NCBI GenBank assembly: GCA_964606505.1
Contig: CAZSGM010000003.1
Span: 44,696 to 108,695, forward strand
Origin: an uncultured Lachnospiraceae bacterium
GTDB taxonomy: Bacteria; Bacillota; Clostridia; Christensenellales; UBA1242
DNA: 64,000 nt
Reading direction: 5' to 3'
Of this stretch, positions 1-6,425 are shown one piece after another. The translations under genes and the position numbers were made by a program. Each line of letters starts with the position of its first letter. The first letter of the stretch is position 1. The notes under the pieces were generated by a model. That model made no database searches. It saw nothing but the letters and a program-made list of their open reading frames with translations, and was not told the DNA's origin.

Positions 1-31
1 TAAAAGGATACTTAAACTAAATAAGTATCCT
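1..31 (-). terminator. Rho-independent terminator downstream of the PadR-like gene
   Basis: Perfect 10-bp stem AGGATACTTA (5-14) / TAAGTATCCT (22-31) with a 7-nt loop. On the minus strand the stem is followed by TTTA at the window edge. Confidence 0.55.
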
Positions 32-89
32 AAAACATAAATTAACTTCAAAATTTAAATATGAGTAAACTTTTTCGCGTAATGCGTTG

Positions 90-2093
90 TTATTCTCTAA
101 ATAGTTTAACTTTAAATATAATCGCCTTAATGAAGTAGTCAAAAATAATGACAAAACTTGATGCGATTGGCACAACTATATAAGGTGCATACTTTTCAAA
201 GTTGTTTGCATTCATTCCGCTTAAAATATTGACTGCCAGTGTCAAAAGAATAATCGAAATAACAATTATAGAGCGGGGAATCCACTCTTTTTTAATATTA
301 CAAACAGGTATTCCGACCCTGTCATTTTTTACTAAAAACAGTGCACAAACAATCGGATACAAAATCGAAATCGCAAAAATAGAGATAACCATAATTGATA
401 GCGGTTTGACTGATTCATCCGTTTTAAACGCAAAAAACATTGCAATCAGCGCAATTGTTAGCGTGCCAAAGGAAATAATTGACGTTAGCAAATTGCTTCT
501 GTTTGCGTGCACATTGTTGGAACGTACGCGCGAGCGACAAGTGCTATTGTAAACGGTTACGTAAATGCCGTTTTCTTCGCAATCGTCAATAAACTCGTCG
601 AGCGTTTTAGTATATGGCTCAACATAGTCGTCTTGAGGTGGACTGTTAAAGAAAATATCAAGTTTTTTGTTTTGCGGCTGTTCAATCTCTGCAAGCGTGT
701 TTTTGTCGTATTTTGGCGGGGCAGAGAAGAAATCATATTCCGTATTTGAAAAGTTGCTCTTTTTTAGGAAGATGTTTGCCTTATACTTATCTTCAACGAT
801 AACCTTATCTTTCATTAGGTATTCGTTTATATTCTTTTTAGGCGGCTTGTTTTCGGTTGAAAATGCTTCTTGTATTGGCAATACTTGCTCGTTCTGCGCA
901 GGCATTTCAATAGTTTTTGCGGTATTGCCTATATCTTGCGGCTTGTCGCTATTTTCAAACAGTGAAATTTTACCATTGTGCGAAACGTCCTCTTGTTCTT
1001 GTGCGGCAGGTTGGTAAGGGTTTTCAAGTATATTAATTTTTGGCTTATTATCAGGCTGCTCGTTCTCAAGTCTTTCTTTAATACTATTGTATTTATCGAA
1101 TATATCTATCTTTTTAGGGGAACTGTTATCATCTTCGTTGTGGTCGTCAACATTTAGTGTAGGCGAGCCAAATAAGGTCGTTTTTGCAACGTCTCGCTCA
1201 ATCATATCTCCAAAAATACCGTCAAAATCAACCTCAGTTTCGCAAAGTTTGTCGTTTGTGATTGTAGTGGGCTTATATAGTAGACTTAAACCTTCATTTT
1301 GTGGTATAATTTCATTGTCAGAGAGAAGCACGGCGTCGTTTTTGTCGTACACGCGCTCGTAAACTGGCATAGAATTTTCCAATTCTAAATGCTCGAAACC
1401 AAAATCGTTCTCAGCGCTCACGTTCTCGGTTGATGGCTCGGTTGTCTGCAAAACAGTTTCTTGCGCTTGTGTGCTAGCGTCATGCAAGCTGTTGTTTTTA
1501 AACAGCGCATTATGTGCGGTGCTCGACTCGTCATTGGCGGCTGCTACGATGCTAGTGTTGGCGCTCAAACTATTGTGGGTTTCAAATGCTGGAGTAGGGG
1601 AAGAAACACCTTCTTGAGTGATTGATTTACGTTCGTTTTCACTCTCAATGTAGTCAAGAATTGAGTAATTATGTATTTCTTCCTCATTGGGAATCCGTTG
1701 CTCAGCTTGCTCGTTTTGTAACTTTTCTTGACGTTCCGAGTGCGCGATTGTGTTGAAGAAATCGGGCTGGATTGCAAGCGACGAGGGGGTGTTGCTAGCA
1801 GGCGTTTTCACTTGGTTTTCGTATTCCGAAAAATCGACTGGGTGTTCGTCTAGATACTTGCGCCCCTTGTCCGTCAATGCTGAGTATCTGCGTTTGCCGC
1901 CAATCTCGCTGTTTTCCCAATATGACGTAATATATCCGTCTGACTCCAATTTGTGGAGGGTGTTGTAAAGACTAGGGAGTTTGATGTCGATTTTCCCGTT
2001 GGTTAACGACTTTATTTCTTTTATTATTTGTAAGCCATAACGATTTTCTGACTTCAAAGTATAAAGAATAATAACACTAGTTTTTCCGCGCAT
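90..2093 (-). CDS. Membrane-anchored PadR-family transcriptional regulator: N-terminal PadR winged helix, ~430-aa low-complexity linker, 4 predicted C-terminal TM helices
   Basis: The N-terminus YGLQIIKEI...LPSLYNTLHKLESDGYITSYWENSEIGGKRRYSALTDKGRKYL is typical of PadR. The C-terminus has four hydrophobic stretches (LLTSIISFGTLTIALIAMFFAF, LSIMVISIFAISILYPIVCALFLV, SIIVISIILLTLAVNILSGM, YIVVPIASSFVIIFDYFIKAIIF). An SD AAAGAGG lies upstream of the ATG. Confidence 0.85.
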   Translation of the reverse strand: MRGKTSVIILYTLKSENRYGLQIIKEIKSLTNGKIDIKLPSLYNTLHKLESDGYITSYWENSEIGGKRRYSALTDKGRKYLDEHPVDFSEYENQVKTPASNTPSSLAIQPDFFNTIAHSERQEKLQNEQAEQRIPNEEEIHNYSILDYIESENERKSITQEGVSSPTPAFETHNSLSANTSIVAAANDESSTAHNALFKNNSLHDASTQAQETVLQTTEPSTENVSAENDFGFEHLELENSMPVYERVYDKNDAVLLSDNEIIPQNEGLSLLYKPTTITNDKLCETEVDFDGIFGDMIERDVAKTTLFGSPTLNVDDHNEDDNSSPKKIDIFDKYNSIKERLENEQPDNKPKINILENPYQPAAQEQEDVSHNGKISLFENSDKPQDIGNTAKTIEMPAQNEQVLPIQEAFSTENKPPKKNINEYLMKDKVIVEDKYKANIFLKKSNFSNTEYDFFSAPPKYDKNTLAEIEQPQNKKLDIFFNSPPQDDYVEPYTKTLDEFIDDCEENGIYVTVYNSTCRSRVRSNNVHANRSNLLTSIISFGTLTIALIAMFFAFKTDESVKPLSIMVISIFAISILYPIVCALFLVKNDRVGIPVCNIKKEWIPRSIIVISIILLTLAVNILSGMNANNFEKYAPYIVVPIASSFVIIFDYFIKAIIFKVKLFRE

Positions 2094-2114
2094 TTTAACC
2101 TCTTTTACTACTAT

Positions 2115-2143
2115 ATTTTACATTTTTTAACATTTTTTGTCAA
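2115..2143 (-). promoter_or_regulatory. Sigma-A type promoter for the PadR-like gene
   Basis: Minus strand reads TTGACA (2143-2138), a 17-nt spacer, then TAAAAT (2120-2115), about 20 nt upstream of the SD/ATG. Confidence 0.6.
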
Positions 2144-2176
2144 TAAAATACACCGTGTTTTACAAAAAAATATAAT

Positions 2177-2224
2177 ACACTATATATGGCGTATTATACG
2201 AATAGAATACACAACATATTGTAT
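2177..2224. repeat. Tandem-palindrome element, copy A (two 16-bp boxes, centres 32 bp apart)
   Basis: Box 1 is ACACTATATATGGCGT (2177-2192) and box 2 is ACACAACATATTGTAT (2209-2224). It aligns with the copies at 6324, 49802 and 59630. Confidence 0.8.
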
Positions 2225-2278
2225 TTTGAAATAATTTCTTATAATATAACCAATAATATAAAAGGAAATACATTAAAA

Positions 2279-2965
2279 ATGAAAATAGATTACATTCAAA
2301 GAACGGCACGCAAAACATTGTCGATAACAATCAATGAAAAGGGCGAAGTAATTGTTAAGGCACCCAAGTATATGGCGATAGAGCAAATAATGCGGTTCAT
2401 TAATTCCAAGGAAAAATGGATTGAGGGCAAGGTAAAGGCGATAAAAAAGCAAAACCTTGTGCACAATGATTTGTTTGAATATAAGAAGATTTTGTTTTGC
2501 GGAAGCAAGTACGATGTTGCGCGCGATAAGCAAGCAAAGGGTGTAACTCTAAAAGACGGTTGTATAATAATAAAACCCCAAATAACACTGAAAAAGGAAG
2601 TTTCCAAAATTGAAAAGTTTTTGAAAAACTGTTGCATTGAAGTGGTTGGGCAGCGGCTCAAATATTTTTCAAATCTAATGCAACTTGAGCCGAAAGAAAT
2701 GCGGTTGATTAACGCAAAGCACAGGTGGGGAACGTGCGACAGCGACAGGGTTATTTCGTTTAATTGGAGACTAATAATGATGCCTCCAAGTGTTATTGAC
2801 TATGTGGTGGTGCATGAACTTGCACACATTATGGAAATGAACCACTCGGACGCGTTTTGGGCGATTGTGTCTGCCGTTTTACCCGATGTAAAACAAACTA
2901 GAGCGCTGCTTAAAAAATCCAACTTTGTTTTGCAATTATTTAGAGAAATACCGCTTGAAACCTAA
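2279..2965 (+). CDS. M48-family / DUF45 (YgjP-like) zinc metallopeptidase
   Basis: HEXXH motif VVVHELAHIMEMNHSDAFW near the C-terminus, and a YgjP-like N-terminus (RTARKTLSITINEKGEVIVKAP). I chose the start at the internal ATG (2279), which is preceded by AAAGGAAA. The track start at 2186 lies inside promoter DNA. Confidence 0.85.
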   Translation: MKIDYIQRTARKTLSITINEKGEVIVKAPKYMAIEQIMRFINSKEKWIEGKVKAIKKQNLVHNDLFEYKKILFCGSKYDVARDKQAKGVTLKDGCIIIKPQITLKKEVSKIEKFLKNCCIEVVGQRLKYFSNLMQLEPKEMRLINAKHRWGTCDSDRVISFNWRLIMMPPSVIDYVVVHELAHIMEMNHSDAFWAIVSAVLPDVKQTRALLKKSNFVLQLFREIPLET

Positions 2966-3742
2966 ATATTTCGCTTAAACCTATTTTTTGCATTTTTGCC
3001 GTTTGGTTGCGCTTTGACGCCTCAATTTAAACCAATTTAAATTGCCTCTGTCTTAACGTTTGCGATCTTGTTGGATAAACAAGGTTTTACTACTAAAAAT
3101 GCGAATTCGTGCGGTTAATGGGGCGTTTTTCGTAAAGTTTTTCGCAATTTGCATTCTTAAATTTAATTTGGCGTACCTCCAAAAATTTTGTTTCGGTAGG
3201 GCAGGGTAGGGGTCGAAATAATTTGAATGCGTGCATATGCTAAGCGATTTAATGCCCCATACGCGCACACATATAACGCATAATGTTGTCTTTCTATAAG
3301 AGTCCAAAAAAATATAATGCAGCCCCTAGAACGCTTAATGTATCAGCCCAAAATTGCTGATGGCTCGAACTCTTTTATGTATTTTAAATATCTAAAAGCG
3401 CCCCTCTAAAAACCAATAAAACGCTCAAAAGCAGCCCAATAGACGGGGAAGAACGTTGGATAAAATTATGAATATTCAATATTGAAAACAACCCCCAGAG
3501 CAACCAATTGACCACCCATAAATAGTTAAATAATTGCATGTTTTCATCCATTTAATGTTATTTTAGAGATAAAACAGCACCTTAAAAGTAAAGGTATGGT
3601 TGTGCGGCATAGCGGCATTCCAATATGTTAAAATGGGCAAAATAAGTAAAAAAAAACGCTAAAAAACTTCCCAAATGACTTAAAATTGCCAAAAATAGGT
3701 AGGTAGGTGTAGCAAGTTTTTGTGGAGTGGAGCGCGCTTGCA

Positions 3743-3780
3743 ATATCTATTCGCTAAAGACAACTTTAACGAATAGATAT
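3743..3780. repeat. Perfect 11-bp inverted repeat with a 16-nt spacer
   Basis: ATATCTATTCG (3743-3753) and CGAATAGATAT (3770-3780). No adjacent T-run, so it does not look like a classical terminator. Confidence 0.8.
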
Positions 3781-4357
3781 TAAAATTTAACGTATTTTAA
3801 CGCGTTTTTTAACAATTTTACATATCCATTTTATATTGTGAATTATGTTAATTTGATTATATCAAAAATCAATGTTTTAAACAACTATTTATTTATATTA
3901 TTTATAAATTTATTATAATTGATTATATTTGAATTGACATCTATTTATAGGTATATTTTATTCATATATTTATATTGGGTTTTAATGCTTGTATTTGTTT
4001 AATATATGAATCAATAATCATTATTACCAATTGTGTATTTTACTATCTATGAATTTTATATTTTTGTTTACTATTGTCTACGTATTTTTTATTAAAACTG
4101 CTTATTAAATTATTTAGGTATCAATATTCTATATTTATAATTCCGCTAATTTGTTATTATGGTTTTATATTAATTTTGTTTGTGTGGTGCTTAGTTAGAA
4201 ATTTAGAGTTTAAAATAATATGTTTATAATACACAAATAGCGCTACACACATATCGTATATTTTGAGTTATTTATTGCGTCATTTTTAGATTTGCCCCCT
4301 TTCCTGCTTGAACCCATCAATATCCGAAATTTTTATCTATAAAGACGCCTAATTTGT

Positions 4358-4386
4358 TTGTTTTTAGCAATTATTTTTGATATACT
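4358..4386 (+). promoter_or_regulatory. Extended -10 promoter placed for a leaderless recombinase mRNA
   Basis: TTGTTT (4358-4363), 17-nt spacer, TGaTATACT (4378-4386), then only 6 nt (TACTTT) before the ATG at 4393. No SD is present. Confidence 0.55.
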
Positions 4387-4392
4387 TACTTT

Positions 4393-5496
4393 ATGGAAAC
4401 AAAAAATAAGTCATACGTTGAACAGCGAAACGAAAAAAACACGCTAAAATTGCGTGAAATGCGCAAGCAGTTACCTGCCTTTTGTAACGAGTTTTTTATC
4501 GGAATTGAGAGCACAACAAGTTCCCTAACTCGCATAGCTTATGCACAAGATTTAATTGTTTTTTTTAATTTTTTGCACAGCGAACTGCCTGAATTCGCAG
4601 AAAAAGAGGTTCCCCTGCTCTCTTTATGCGATTTAGATAAGGTTACAGCAACGCATTTAGAGTCGTTTTTGGATTATTTGAACTACTACGTTATTGATGA
4701 CAAAGTTTTTAAAAATAACGACAAAGCCAAGGCGCGCAAACTATCCGCAATACGCACATTGCTTAAGTATTTTTATAAAAAAGATAAGATTTCGCAAAAC
4801 GTCGCGGAAAAGGTTGACAGTCCCAAAATCCACACTAAAAGCATCATTCGCCTCGATTCGAACGAAGTCGAAAAACTGCTTGAGGTTGCCGACAATAGCG
4901 AAAATGCCGTCTCGCAACAACAAAAGAGTTATTTAAAACACACAAAAACGCGAGATTTAGCGATTTTAACGCTGTTTTTGGGCACAGGTATACGTATTAG
5001 CGAATTGGTTGGCATAAACCGAAAGGACATCAATTTTACCAATAATTCGTTTACGATTACACGCAAAGGTGGGAACCAATACATACTCTACTTCCCGCCC
5101 GAGGTTGCAGCCGCCCTACTCGACTACAAGGAGTTGCGCGACAAAATCAAAACGGTCAACGAAGCCGACGCGGACGCCTTTTTCCTTTCTCTTCAAAATA
5201 GGCGTATAACCACTCGCGCCGTGCAAAATTTGGTTAAAAAATACGCTCAAGTTGCGTCGCCGCTTAAAAAAATTAGTCCACACAAACTAAGGAGTACGTA
5301 CGGCACAAACCTATACCAGCAAACGCACGATATTTACGTTGTAGCTGACGTTTTGGGACACAAAGACGTCAACACGACTAAAAAGCACTATGCGGCAATT
5401 AGCGAGGATATTCGTAAAAACGCGTCCACAAAAATTAAGTTGCGAAATAACCATACCAATGACCACGTGGACAATGATATTGACGGCGAAAATTAG
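4393..5496 (+). CDS. Tyrosine site-specific recombinase (XerC/XerD/phage-integrase family)
   Basis: Catalytic signature: LGTGIRISEL (Arg), HKLRSTYGT (His-x-x-Arg), LGHKDVNTTKKHY (His...Tyr). The N-terminal SAM-like core-binding region is present. Confidence 0.9.
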   Translation: METKNKSYVEQRNEKNTLKLREMRKQLPAFCNEFFIGIESTTSSLTRIAYAQDLIVFFNFLHSELPEFAEKEVPLLSLCDLDKVTATHLESFLDYLNYYVIDDKVFKNNDKAKARKLSAIRTLLKYFYKKDKISQNVAEKVDSPKIHTKSIIRLDSNEVEKLLEVADNSENAVSQQQKSYLKHTKTRDLAILTLFLGTGIRISELVGINRKDINFTNNSFTITRKGGNQYILYFPPEVAAALLDYKELRDKIKTVNEADADAFFLSLQNRRITTRAVQNLVKKYAQVASPLKKISPHKLRSTYGTNLYQQTHDIYVVADVLGHKDVNTTKKHYAAISEDIRKNASTKIKLRNNHTNDHVDNDIDGEN

Positions 5497-5578
5497 TTGC
5501 TTGCTAGAATTTATTACTTGATTAGCCCCATTTACCGCCTAAAATTACAAACAAAATCAAAATATATAGAAAATTTGT

Positions 5579-5608
5579 TTGACAAAACTTGTCGAAATAT
5601 GTTATAAT
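5579..5608 (+). promoter_or_regulatory. lexA promoter with two degenerate LexA-box-like sites
   Basis: TTGACA (5579-5584), 18-nt spacer, TATAAT (5603-5608). GAAAATTTGTTT (5569-5580) and GAAATATGTTAT (5594-5605) loosely fit GAAC-N4-GTTC and overlap -35 and -10. Confidence 0.6.
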
Positions 5609-5633
5609 GGGTCAAATAAAAAAGGAGTTTTTT

Positions 5634-6266
5634 ATGGCTAAAAACAATCACAGAGTACAGGAAATTCTTGAATATATTGCGGATTATTCAAAAAACAACG
5701 GGTTTCCCCCTTGTATACGAGAAATACAAGACCACTTCGGTTTCCGCTCCACGTCGACGGTTTCCTATTATCTTAGAAAACTTGAAGCAAGCGGCGAACT
5801 CATCAACAAGGGACGAAAAAACCGCGCGCTGTCAATCTCAGACAAGTATTTTGACGAAAATCCAATCTACAAGCCTAAATTTTTAAACACGGACTTTACA
5901 GTTATTCCACTTGTTGGGAATGTAACTGCAGGCATCCCAATTTTAGCTGAGGATAACTACGAGGACTCTTACTACATCCCTACTAACCTGTTCCACGGCG
6001 ACAACCTATTTATGCTGTCAGTCAGTGGCGACAGTATGATTGACGCAGGAATTTTTAGTGGCGACAAAATCATTGTCAGACAGCAAAACTACGCTGAAAA
6101 CGGAGAAATTGTTGTCGCACTTATTGAAAATTCGGCAACGGTAAAAACATACTACAAGGAAGAAGGTCGTATTAGGTTGCAACCACAAAACCCAACAATG
6201 TCCGCTATGTATTTCGATAACGTATCAATCTTAGGTAAAGTTATCGGTTTAATTCGCAAATTCTAA
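5634..6266 (+). CDS. lexA: LexA SOS repressor
   Basis: wHTH N-terminus (IREIQDHFGFRSTSTVSYYLRKLE), cleavage region VGNVTAGIP, and S24 peptidase Ser/Lys (SGDSMIDAGI ... TVKTY). I chose the ATG at 5634 after AAAAAGGAG. The track start at 5589 overlaps the promoter. Confidence 0.95.
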   Translation: MAKNNHRVQEILEYIADYSKNNGFPPCIREIQDHFGFRSTSTVSYYLRKLEASGELINKGRKNRALSISDKYFDENPIYKPKFLNTDFTVIPLVGNVTAGIPILAEDNYEDSYYIPTNLFHGDNLFMLSVSGDSMIDAGIFSGDKIIVRQQNYAENGEIVVALIENSATVKTYYKEEGRIRLQPQNPTMSAMYFDNVSILGKVIGLIRKF

Positions 6267-6323
6267 CCGCCCTACTTGCAAAGTTTGTTGATACTTACTC
6301 ATATTTCTTATAATAAACAAAAA

Positions 6324-6371
6324 ATACAATATATTGTGTATTATTACGTTAGAATACACTTTATATTGTAT
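6324..6371. repeat. Tandem-palindrome element, copy B
   Basis: ATACAATATATTGTGT (6324-6339) and ACACTTTATATTGTAT (6356-6371), centres 32 bp apart, followed by TTTATTTTTT. It lies between the convergent lexA and miaA ends. Confidence 0.8.
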
Positions 6372-6425
6372 TTTATTTTTTAAGTTAATATTATAAATTA
6401 GTCGAAATTATCGGCGTCTTTTGCT

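Noticed and set aside
2186-2278. N-terminal extensions implied by the longest-ORF track. Examples are 2186 for the M48 gene, 5589 for lexA, 7442 for miaA, 19582 for yloV, 20018 for yloU, 28869 for gatC, 40164, 49100 for spoVT, 58371 and 63083.
   Set aside because: In each case an internal ATG is preceded by a proper GGAG-type SD and matches the conserved family N-terminus. The extension runs through promoter or intergenic DNA.
3053-3307. Track ORF 3053..3307 (-, 84 aa).
   Set aside because: It has a TTG start with no RBS, a Cys/Arg/Trp-rich nonsense-like sequence and no recognisable domain. It may be chance or a decayed remnant.
3826-3853. A dif-like Xer site. TTATGTTAATT (3843-3853) resembles the XerD arm TTATGTTAAAT of E. 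coli dif.
   Set aside because: The corresponding left arm (CCATTTTATAT) does not resemble a XerC arm or the Firmicute dif consensus. A single 10/11 half-site in very AT-rich DNA is not convincing.
3747-4349. Direct repeats ATCTAT..AAAGAC at about 3747-3761 and about 4335-4349, considered as attL/attR flanking the AT-rich block.
   Set aside because: The match is only two 6-mers with different spacing, which is expected by chance in AT-rich sequence. The recombinase gene lies outside the putative element.
3780-4390. The AT-rich block considered as a replication origin (oriC).
   Set aside because: I found no cluster of DnaA boxes (TTATCCACA / TGTGGATAA), only isolated partial matches such as TGTGGAGTG at 3721. 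No dnaA, dnaN or other origin-linked genes are adjacent.
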